Shown here piece after piece: positions 24,279 to 31,943 of a DNA stretch of 32,000 bases. Origin of the DNA: Candidatus Saccharimonadota bacterium (GTDB lineage: Bacteria > Patescibacteriota > Microgenomatia > UBA1406 > GWC2-37-13). The stretch is taken from NCBI GenBank assembly GCA_016700135.1, contig CP065004.1:1290001-1322000 (forward strand), written 5' to 3'. Every line of letters starts with the position of its first letter. Position 1 is the stretch's first letter. Under the pieces are notes generated by a model. The model was given only the letters and a program-made list of their open reading frames with translations. It had not been told where the DNA came from and did no database searches. The position numbers and the translations under genes are program-made.

Positions 24279-27017
24279 TCACCCCATCTCGGGATAATGG
24301 CATTTCTTGAATTTCTTGCCCGACCCACACCAGCAGGGATCATTTCTTCCCAGTGTTTTCTTTTTGGGTGCATTCAACGAGACAGCTTTCTGAGCTGGCT
24401 GCTGTGTCGGTTGCTGAGCCGGTTCTTTTTGCTTACCTGAGAAAGGATCAACTGCTGACGCCGCCTGAAACTGCATCGGCTGTTTTTGTTGCTGCTTTTC
24501 TTTGATTTCTTCCGCCTGTTTCGGTTCCTGAATCTCGACCCGCATGATGCGGCGGATAGATTCGTAATTGATATCAGACAGAAGTTTTTCGAACATCATA
24601 AACGCCTCATTTTTATATTCAACCAACGGATCCATCTGCGCAAATCCGCGTAAGTTTATCCCTTGTCTGAGATCGTCAATAGCGGTAAGGTGTTGAGTCC
24701 AATATTGATCAATAGTCGAAAGAAACAATGACCGTACGACCTGATTCCACATTTGTTCCCCCAACTTCTCCGCACGCGACGCATAATGTTTCCGTGCCTG
24801 CTTTGTCAAATATTCCTGAAAAGCCTCTTCATCATTATCCTCAAGGATCTTGTTCAGTTGTTCTTTTTTGATATCCAGAAGGACATCGACATCTTTTTCA
24901 AACTGCTCACGTATTTCATCCTGAGTTTCTTTCAACGCAAAAAAATTCGCACCCATCATCGCAATCTGTTCATCGATCACACGATACACAGTTTCCTGAA
25001 ATGCCTTCGGGTCGGTCTCAGGATAATTTAAGAGTTTTCTTCTCAGCGAATAAATAATATCGCGTTGTCTGTTCAGAACATCGTCATACTCCACCAGATG
25101 TTTTCGGATGTCAAAGTTGAAACCTTCAACCTTGACCTGGGCCTGCTCGATCGCACGGGAAACCATACCGTGTGAAAGCGGCTGATCTTCCGGGAAATTG
25201 AGCATAGTCATCATATTTGCTATCTGTTCACCGCCGAAAATGCGCATCACATCATCTTCAAGTGAGACATAAAATCGTGTCTCTCCGTGATCGCCCTGAC
25301 GTCCTGAGCGTCCTCTGAGCTGATTGTCTATACGGCGTGATTCATGTCTTTCTGTACCGATCACATACAGACCGCCGAGCTTGATGATATCTGCATGTTC
25401 CTTTTCCCATGCTTCATACGCCTTCTTGTACTCCGCTTCCGATTTGAAACTGCCCCGTTCGACTCCCCCTCCCAGGACGATATCGACTCCACGGCCGGCC
25501 ATATTCGTAGCCACAGTCACGGCATGTTTTTTTCCGGCCTGAGCGATAATATGTGCTTCACGTTCATGATTTTTTGCATTCAAAAGTTCATGCGGAATAC
25601 CTTTCTGCTTCAGAAGTCTCGAAAGGTGTTCGTTTTTATCAATGGAGGTCGTGCCTACCAAAACAGGTCGTCCTTTTTTGTACTGCTCAGCTATATCATC
25701 CACAACGGCATTGTATTTCCCCCGCATTGTTTTGAAAATCAGATCCGGATGATCGACACGGGCCATATCGCGGTGAGTCGGAATGACCAAGACGTCAGCG
25801 TTGTATATTTTATTGAATTCCTCAGCTTCGGTCGATGCGGTACCTGTCATGCCTGCCAGCTTTTCATACATTCTGAAGTAATTCTGAAGCGAAACCGTAG
25901 CCAGAGTTTTTGATTCCTGTTTGATCTGTACGCCTTCTTTCGCCTCTATTGCCTGATGCAGTCCTTCGGAAAACCTTCTTCCTTCAAGTAGCCGTCCCGT
26001 AAATTCATCAACGATGATGACTTCTCCGTTCCGAACGATGTAATCTTTATCTAGCTGAAACAAAGTTTGTGCTTTCAGTGATGCTTCAATATAAGAAAGT
26101 GTGTCGAAATCCTTCTCATAAATATTGTCAACACCCAGGATTTTTTCAACCTTTTCAATCCCCTTCTCAGTCAGATGTGCGGTTCTCAGTTTTTCATCAA
26201 TCACAAAATCCATTTCCGGTGAAAGCTGTTTGACGATTTTTGAATAGTCATAATATTTAGAAGTATCCTGGTCGTATGGTGCTGAAATAATATGAGGAGT
26301 TCGTGCCTCATCAATAAGTACTGAATCCGCTTCATCGACAATCGCAAAATGAAAGCCCCGCTGGACAAGCTGTGCCGGACTTTGAGCCATGTTGTCCCGG
26401 AGATAATCAAATCCGAATTCCGAATTGATACCATAGGTGATATCAGCCTCATATGCCGCTTTTCGTGAGATAGGACGAAGATGCGCCAAACGTTTATCGG
26501 CTATATCTTTTTCCGTATATTCCGGATCGTACTGAAGTGACTGTCCCGAAATCATTGCTGAAGTCGTCAAGCCGAGGAAGTGAAATACCTGGCCCATCCA
26601 TCCGGCATCGCGTCTGGCAAGATAATCGTTTACGGTGACAAGATGTGCCCCTTTGCCTTCAAGTGCATTGAGATACAAAGCGGCTGTTGCTGTCAACGTT
26701 TTCCCTTCTCCCGTTTTTTGCTCCACGATTTTTCCTTCATGCATCGCAATCCCTCCGATGAGCTGGACATCATAATGCCGTTGTCCGAGTGTCCTTCTGG
26801 CAGCTTCGCGTACGAGCGCAAATGACCAGGGAAGAATATCATCTAGCGTTTTTCCTGACTGAAGTTCTTTTTTGAGTTTTTCCGTTTCGTTTCTGAAGTC
26901 ATCATCTTTTAGACCGCGTGCCTTATCCTCCAGAGCATTGATTTCATTTACAATTGCGCTAATTCTGTTTATTTCTTTCTGGTTAAAGTCAAAAAAGTTT
27001 TTGATGAAGGACAACAT
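24279..27017 (-). CDS. secA: Preprotein translocase ATPase SecA
   Basis: 912 aa. The DEAD-like motif VDEADSVLIDEARTPHIIS, the motor domains and the C-terminal zinc motif CWCGSGKKFKKCH are present. Confidence 0.95.
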   Translation of the reverse strand: MLSFIKNFFDFNQKEINRISAIVNEINALEDKARGLKDDDFRNETEKLKKELQSGKTLDDILPWSFALVREAARRTLGQRHYDVQLIGGIAMHEGKIVEQKTGEGKTLTATAALYLNALEGKGAHLVTVNDYLARRDAGWMGQVFHFLGLTTSAMISGQSLQYDPEYTEKDIADKRLAHLRPISRKAAYEADITYGINSEFGFDYLRDNMAQSPAQLVQRGFHFAIVDEADSVLIDEARTPHIISAPYDQDTSKYYDYSKIVKQLSPEMDFVIDEKLRTAHLTEKGIEKVEKILGVDNIYEKDFDTLSYIEASLKAQTLFQLDKDYIVRNGEVIIVDEFTGRLLEGRRFSEGLHQAIEAKEGVQIKQESKTLATVSLQNYFRMYEKLAGMTGTASTEAEEFNKIYNADVLVIPTHRDMARVDHPDLIFKTMRGKYNAVVDDIAEQYKKGRPVLVGTTSIDKNEHLSRLLKQKGIPHELLNAKNHEREAHIIAQAGKKHAVTVATNMAGRGVDIVLGGGVERGSFKSEAEYKKAYEAWEKEHADIIKLGGLYVIGTERHESRRIDNQLRGRSGRQGDHGETRFYVSLEDDVMRIFGGEQIANMMTMLNFPEDQPLSHGMVSRAIEQAQVKVEGFNFDIRKHLVEYDDVLNRQRDIIYSLRRKLLNYPETDPKAFQETVYRVIDEQIAMMGANFFALKETQDEIREQFEKDVDVLLDIKKEQLNKILEDNDEEAFQEYLTKQARKHYASRAEKLGEQMWNQVVRSLFLSTIDQYWTQHLTAIDDLRQGINLRGFAQMDPLVEYKNEAFMMFEKLLSDINYESIRRIMRVEIQEPKQAEEIKEKQQQKQPMQFQAASAVDPFSGKQKEPAQQPTQQPAQKAVSLNAPKKKTLGRNDPCWCGSGKKFKKCHYPEMG

Positions 27018-27026
27018 ATGAATACA

Positions 27027-27032
27027 ATTCTA
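27027..27032 (-). promoter_or_regulatory. Candidate -10 box TAGAAT, 9 nt upstream of the secA ATG
   Basis: The minus strand reads TAGAAT-tgtattcat-ATG. Confidence 0.35.
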
Positions 27033-27077
27033 AAACACAAATAATAATTTACAAGCTAAAAGAAGAGAAAAAAGGTA

Positions 27078-27769
27078 TTATTGCAGGAAATACTCGTTCG
27101 GTATCACAAGCAGCCGTTCAGCGGTAAAACGGGTCTGACTGGTATTTTCAGGATTTCCTTTTACGACTACATGCACTGAGTCGCCTTCTTTCAACTTTGA
27201 AAAACCGATTTTTTCTGTTTCTAATGTCTTGATATTGAGCATTTTCTGACTGGTCTTGGATTCAACATCCAGGACATAGTCAGTCTTATCAACGGTCAAA
27301 ACATTGACCGTAAAATCTTCTGATGTTACGTTTGTTATCTTGCCTGATATGACAAGATACTGTTGATCACGATAAACCGCATTTGCCGTGATTGAGTCTC
27401 CGATTTCGGGTCCCGTCACGAAAAGATAATCTCCTTTTTCGATATCATCCTGCTCCAGATCCGTCGTTTTGTTCCGGCGATATCATAAAAGTCAGTCAAG
27501 GTATCGTCAATAGATATGCTTATTTGTTTGCCGTCAGAATCAGTGAGAGTCCAGTCGTTGTTATCAATTTCAGCTACTATTCCGGATACGGCTTTTTCCG
27601 TTTCTTTCAGCTGCTCCACCTTTTCAGCAACTTTTTCCTTAAGTTTATCCACTTCCTCGGTCAGACTTCCTGAGGGAGTTGATGTCGGGGATTGAGAAAA
27701 AACAGGAACTGCAACAACGGTAAAAATAAGCAAAGTTAATGCTGTTACCGAATATTTCATATTATTCAT
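27078..27769 (-). pseudogene. Hypothetical secreted protein (signal peptide, coiled-coil, beta-rich C-terminus) split by a 1-nt frameshift
   Basis: Track ORFs 27416-27829 and 27078-27419 join if the minus-strand A4 run (27467-27470) is read as A5: ...DDTLTDFYDIAGTK-TTDLEQDDIEKGDYLFVTGPEIGDSITANAVY... The signal peptide is MNNMKYSVTALTLLIFTVVAVPVFSQ. Confidence 0.55.
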
Positions 27770-28190
27770 CTTTGAGATAATAAATTCGTAACGTTTGTTC
27801 CTGCGGAGTACTGCTTCCTGAGTAAACACTGATCTGTATTACGTTTTCACCCAAAGCAAGAGGCATCTCAACTGAAAAATCTCCTTTTTCATTTTTCAAA
27901 ATTTCTTCAGCTACCTGTGACTGGAAAACAATAAGACCATTGAGAGGAGCTTTTCCGGAAATCGTGACGGTGTCTTCATTGACAACGGCACCCGGCTCAG
28001 GTGAAGAAACTACAAGCTGTGCTTGTGAAGTGCTTGCCGTGACAGGCTGAGTTATGACCTTTTTATCATCAGATTCTATAGGAATTACTTTAGCTTCATC
28101 ACTGTTGTTTGTCTGAAAAAGCACAAACAACCCTGCACCAGCACCCAATAAAATACCGAACACAATAGCAACAATGGTTTCCTGTTTCAT
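27762..28190 (-). CDS. Hypothetical membrane-anchored protein with a beta-rich (Ig-like?) ectodomain
   Basis: There is an N-terminal TM segment (IVAIVFGILLGAGAGLFVLF), then ...VVSSPEPGAVVNEDTVTISGKAP...VIQISVY... No family assignment is possible by eye. Confidence 0.5.
   Translation of the reverse strand: MKQETIVAIVFGILLGAGAGLFVLFQTNNSDEAKVIPIESDDKKVITQPVTASTSQAQLVVSSPEPGAVVNEDTVTISGKAPLNGLIVFQSQVAEEILKNEKGDFSVEMPLALGENVIQISVYSGSSTPQEQTLRIYYLKDE
27777..27782 (-). promoter_or_regulatory. Candidate -10 box TATTAT, 7 nt upstream of ATG 27769
   Basis: The minus strand reads TATTAT-ctcaaag-ATG. The box lies inside the 3' end of the upstream gene. Confidence 0.3.
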
Positions 28191-28193
28191 ATG

Positions 28194-29108
28194 TTAATTA
28201 TAAATCAGTTCTCTCAAAATTGTAGGAATGGTTTCAATAAGATCTGCTACATTGTACCAAAGTCCTTTCGAAGACATAAGTTTGTCTGCAGCTTTCTTCT
28301 CCAGAAAAGACGCTATCAGGGCTGATGTGACGGGATCATTTTTAGCATACAACGAAACGATAAGACCTGCCAGTACATCACCGGTACCTCCTTTTGTCAG
28401 ACCCTGATTGCCGCCTTCGATTGTGATAACTGTTTCACCGTCGGAAACGATATCCTTTATTGCCTTGAGGAGAATGACACAACGATGCTTCTTTGCCTGT
28501 TCTTTTACTACCTTTTCCTTTTCTTCCATTGGTAATTCCGTGACACGTATACCGAAGAGCCGTTCGAATTCCAGTTGATGCGGTGTCAGAATAGGCAAAA
28601 CACTGCAGTCTGCGATCCATCGAAGCTCCATCATCTGAAGAGCCCCGGCGTCAAGCACGAATTTTTTATCTGGGAACTGAGACAATGCATACCTGGTAAT
28701 CGCTTTTGTATAGGTTGCCTCATCGGTGATTTTTATAATCTCTTCATAAGATTGTAGGTTTTCGATATGAACCTGCTCATCTGATCGCACCATTCCGGGA
28801 CCAATCAGTATCGCATCGTCCTCCTCAATATATGACGGAATGTCCTTTTGGTGTACGACAATTCCGTTTCTGAATGTTTTTTTAAGTGACAGCAATATCT
28901 CATTATTCTCAGTCGTTGAGGAGTAATGTACCATGTCAGCGAAATGCGACGCAATTTCTGCCGCCCACAAAGATGCGGCATGAAAGAGAGCCGACCCACC
29001 GATAATCATGACTTTGCCGTTTTTTCCTTTGTGGGAATCTTCGGACGGGATATAGAGTTTGTCGAGAAACGTTTTTACAGATTCTGCTTCTTCAGTTCGT
29101 ATTTTCAT
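28194..29108 (-). CDS. nnrD: ADP-dependent NAD(P)H-hydrate dehydratase (YjeF C-terminal / carbohydrate-kinase family)
   Basis: KGKNGKVMIIGGS, LTPHQLEFERLFG and GGNQGLTKGGTGDVLAGLI are present. The start is set at MKIRTEE (29108). The upstream 32 codons of the track ORF translate a palindromic repeat. Confidence 0.8.
   Translation of the reverse strand: MKIRTEEAESVKTFLDKLYIPSEDSHKGKNGKVMIIGGSALFHAASLWAAEIASHFADMVHYSSTTENNEILLSLKKTFRNGIVVHQKDIPSYIEEDDAILIGPGMVRSDEQVHIENLQSYEEIIKITDEATYTKAITRYALSQFPDKKFVLDAGALQMMELRWIADCSVLPILTPHQLEFERLFGIRVTELPMEEKEKVVKEQAKKHRCVILLKAIKDIVSDGETVITIEGGNQGLTKGGTGDVLAGLIVSLYAKNDPVTSALIASFLEKKAADKLMSSKGLWYNVADLIETIPTILRELIYN
28197..28202 (-). promoter_or_regulatory. 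Candidate -10 box TATAAT, 6 nt upstream of ATG 28190
   Basis: The minus strand reads TATAAT-taacat-ATG. The box overlaps the nnrD stop region. Confidence 0.4.
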
Positions 29109-29120
29109 ATGATGTTCTTT

Positions 29121-29218
29121 GTCATGCTGAACTCCCGCCTGCCAGCCCGAAAAGCTGGGAATATCGCTGCTGACGGGCATCGCTAGGCAAAGCATTGCGG
29201 GCACGATGTTTCAGCATC
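29121..29218. repeat. Composite palindromic element: a GTCATGCTGAA...TTCAGCATC hairpin whose loop holds a GC-rich nested palindrome
   Basis: ATGCTGAA (29124-29131) pairs with TTCAGCAT (29210-29217). Inside, CCCGC..TGCC pairs with GGCA..GCGGG, and there is a CCAGC-ccgaaaa-GCTGG stem-loop. Confidence 0.5.
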
Positions 29219-29231
29219 TAACGGAAACAAA

Positions 29232-29256
29232 GATCCCGAAATAAATTCGGGATGAC
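29232..29256 (-). repeat. GTCAT...ATC palindromic hairpin element, second copy (inverse orientation)
   Basis: The minus strand reads GTCATCCCGAAtttatTTCGGGATC. The 8-bp stem is ATCCCGAA/TTCGGGAT. The frame (GTCAT-stem-loop-stem-C) is the same as at 21003-21027. Confidence 0.55.
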
Positions 29257-29287
29257 AGCAGTGAGCTCTGATATTTTCGTGCATTAA

Positions 29288-29315
29288 CTACGCTCTACCA
29301 CCTACTGCCTTATTT
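29288..29315 (+). repeat. Heptad array CTACGCT-CTACCAC-CTACTGC-CTTATTT, solo copy abutting the alaS -10 box
   Basis: There are three CTACNNC heptads plus a degenerate fourth, preceded by TAA. The array is closely similar to 31571-31598. Confidence 0.6.
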
Positions 29316-29317
29316 GC

Positions 29318-29323
29318 TATAAT
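29318..29323 (+). promoter_or_regulatory. Candidate -10 box TATAAT, 8 nt upstream of the alaS ATG
   Basis: The plus strand reads TATAAT-tatacctt-ATG. Confidence 0.4.
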
Positions 29324-29331
29324 TATACCTT

Positions 29332-31163
29332 ATGAAGATTTCACATCGCGACCTCCGCAATAAATATTCTGCATTTTTTGAAAAAAATAAGCATGTCGAA
29401 GTTCCGGCAATCTCGCTTGTGCCGCAAAATGACCCGACTACACTGTTTACCGGATCGGGAATGCAGCAACTTGTCCCCTATCTTTTGGGAGAAGAACATC
29501 CTCTGGGAAACAGACTTTTTAATGTCCAGCCTTGTATCAGGGCTCAGGATATCGAAGAAGTCGGTGATAACCGTCATGATACATTTTTGAGATGATGGGA
29601 AACTGGTCTTTGGGAGATTACTTCAAAAATGAACAGTTGAACAATCTATTTACGTTCCTCACTGATCCCGAGATCGGGCTCGGTCTTGACCCGAAAAGAC
29701 TATATGTAACGGCTTTTGAAGGAAATGATTCGGCTCCTCAGGATAAAGAAAGCATTGAAATCTGGAAAGATATATTTCATAAAGCAGGAATGGAAGCTAA
29801 AATCGGTGAACGGATTTTCCTTTATGGTGCTGAGAAAAACTGGTGGTCACGGGCGGGAGTACCTGAAAATATGCCGGCAGGTGAACCGGGAGGTCCGGAC
29901 AGTGAAGTCTTCTACCAATTTGATGTCGAACATGATCCTTCATTCGGAGAGAAATGTCACCCGAACTGTGACTGCGGCAGGTTTATGGAGATCGGAAATT
30001 CTGTTTTCATGCAGTATAAAAAGATGGACAACGGGACATTTGCAGAACTTCCGAAAATGAATGTCGATTTCGGCGGAGGTCTGGAACGGCTACTTGCCGC
30101 GGCAAATGATGACCCCGACATTTTCAAGACTGATGTTTTTTCATCGATAGTCAAAGGAGTCGAAAAAGCCACGGGAATTTCATACGGACAGGAAGAATTT
30201 AAGCCTGCAATGAGAATTATCGCCGATCATCTGAAAACAGCTACATTTATCATCAAAGACGGCATTACACCATCCAACAAAGAACAGGGTTATATCCTTC
30301 GTAGACTTCTTCGTCGGGCACTTGTGAAAGTGAGAGCCTTGAATAACGGATTTTCGATCGATTCCATATCCCCAATTATCGAAAAAGTACTTGAGACCTA
30401 TGATGGAATTTATTTTGATATCAGTAAAGATAAAGAAACTATTATTCCCGTCATCACACAAGAGATAGTGAAGTTTCAGAAAACGCTTGAGAAGGGATTG
30501 CGTGAAATCGAAAAACTGAAAGAGGTAAATGCTAAACAGGCGTTTGATCTTTATCAGTCCTATGGATTTCCGCTGGAAATCACGCAGGAAATTCTGGAAG
30601 AACGCGGACAAAAGATTGACCGCAAAGCATGGAAGGAAGAAGTCCAAAAACATCGGGAAAAGTCACGGTCTTCAGCTCTGGATCGGTTCAAAGGCGGACT
30701 CGCTGATCATTCGGAACAGACAGTCAGATATCATACGGCCACACATTTGATTCACCAGGCCCTTTTTGATATTTTAGGAGATTCTGTCCGACAGGAAGGC
30801 TCAAATATCACCGCAGAACGTCTGAGATTTGATTTTTACAGTGTGAATGCACCGGCTGAAGATGCAAAACAGCAAATCGAAGAGATTGTAAACGGAAAAA
30901 TCAAAGAAGCTCTTACTGTTCAGAAAGTCGTATTGCCGAAGACTGAAGCGGAAAAAGTCGGAGCTCGATCATTTTTTAAAGAAAAATATCCCGATCAGGT
31001 GAATGTATATTTTATCGGTGGTGACGCAGATCATATCAAAGATGCTTATTCCAAAGAGTTCTGCGGCGGTCCTCATGTGACAAATACAAGTGAGATCGGT
31101 CACATCACCATAGAAAAACTCAAAAAAATCGGAAGTAATATGTATCGTGTGTATGCAAAGTAG
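29332..31163 (+). CDS. alaS: Alanine--tRNA ligase, short form lacking the C-Ala domain; the reading frame is broken by a 1-nt shift in a T5 run
   Basis: Track ORFs 29332-29595 and 29592-31163 join if T5 (29584-29588) is read as T6. This restores the universal motif ...[22 protein letters not shown]... The editing-domain motifs HTATHLIH and CGGPHV are present. The combined length is about 611 aa. Confidence 0.85.
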
Positions 31164-31191
31164 CTTATAGACTGTAGATGGTAGGTTGTAG
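31164..31191 (-). repeat. Heptad array (minus strand CTACAAC-CTACCAT-CTACAGT-CTATAAG), left inverted flank of the four-helix-bundle gene
   Basis: The array starts 1 nt after the alaS stop. TGGTAGGTTGTAG (31179-31191) is the perfect reverse complement of CTACAACCTACCA (31578-31590). Confidence 0.65.
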
Positions 31192-31219
31192 AAAATAATG
31201 AATGATGTAATATTATGTT

Positions 31220-31570
31220 ATGTCATCATATAAGGATCTTATTGTATGGAAAAAGTCGATCAATCTTGTTACAGAAATATACACTGTAACAGCTGCATTG
31301 CCTACTGAAGAAAAATTTGGCCTTGTATCACAGATGAGAAGAAGTGCAGTTTCCATACCTTCAAACATTGCTGAAGGTCGGCGCAGAAATTCGCAAAAAG
31401 AGTATAAACAATTTTTAGCAATTGCTTATGGTTCTGGCGCCGAACTTGAAACCCAAATAGAAATTGTTAAGCGCTTACCATTTGGTTCAACAATTGAGTT
31501 TCGTAATACAGATTTTTTGTTATTAGAAGTTATGAAAATGTTAAATGTTATGGTCAGTAGGCTCGACTAA
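31220..31570 (+). CDS. Four-helix-bundle protein (23S rRNA intervening-sequence protein / Avd-like family)
   Basis: The sequence YKDLIVWKKSINLVTEIY...FGLVSQMRRSAVSIPSNIAEG...FLAIAYGSGAELETQIEI is the hallmark of this family. Confidence 0.85.
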   Translation: MSSYKDLIVWKKSINLVTEIYTVTAALPTEEKFGLVSQMRRSAVSIPSNIAEGRRRNSQKEYKQFLAIAYGSGAELETQIEIVKRLPFGSTIEFRNTDFLLLEVMKMLNVMVSRLD

Positions 31571-31598
31571 CTACAGCCTACAACCTACCACCTATTGC
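31571..31598 (+). repeat. Heptad array CTACAGC-CTACAAC-CTACCAC-CTATTGC, right flank of the four-helix-bundle gene
   Basis: The array begins 1 nt after the stop of the four-helix-bundle gene and ends 2 nt before the ATG of the tRNA-binding protein gene. Confidence 0.65.
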
Positions 31599-31600
31599 CT

Positions 31601-31939
31601 ATGAAAAAAAATCTCATATCTTTCGTTGACCTGATGAAAGTTGATATCAGAGTCGGTGAGGTTACGGAAGCAAAGAAGGTTGAGGAATCGAATAAGCTTA
31701 TTGAACTTACCGTCAACTTTGGGGAAGATTACGGAATCGCAACCATTTTTACAGGAATGCAGAAATGGTATACGCCGGAGGATTTTCAAGGAAAAAAATT
31801 CTTATTTGTAGCCAATCTTGAACCGAAAAAAATGATGGATCGTGAGTCACAAGGTATGATTCTTTCGGCTGTCAAAGACAACGAACCCGTCATTATTCCC
31901 GTCAGCCAGGATCTGGAAAACGGAACCGAAATCCTGTAA
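31601..31939 (+). CDS. Stand-alone tRNA-binding domain protein (Trbp111/CsaA, MetRS C-terminal-like OB fold)
   Basis: The sequence is FVDLMKVDIRVGEVTEAKKVEESNKLIELTVNFGED...IFTGMQKWYTPEDFQGKKFLFVANLEPKKMMDRESQGMILSA. The start is taken at ATG 31601; the track uses an upstream TTG. Confidence 0.8.
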   Translation: MKKNLISFVDLMKVDIRVGEVTEAKKVEESNKLIELTVNFGEDYGIATIFTGMQKWYTPEDFQGKKFLFVANLEPKKMMDRESQGMILSAVKDNEPVIIPVSQDLENGTEIL

Positions 31940-31943
31940 TCAT

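Noticed and set aside
25344-25913. 189-aa plus-strand ORF antisense to secA (and similar ones at 24753-25031 and 26580-26825)
   Set aside because: These are shadow ORFs within a strongly conserved secA frame, with no motifs and no start context.
29287-29312. T-box-like GGTGGTAGAGCG on the minus strand upstream of nnrD, next to an aminoacyl-tRNA synthetase gene
   Set aside because: The match is on the wrong strand for alaS. It lacks the specifier-loop and antiterminator context. It is better explained as part of the CTACNNC heptad array that recurs at 31164-31191 and 31571-31598.
30180-30653. 157-aa minus-strand ORF antisense to alaS
   Set aside because: It is a shadow ORF. Its Phe/Leu/Lys-rich translation mirrors the codon bias of the sense strand.
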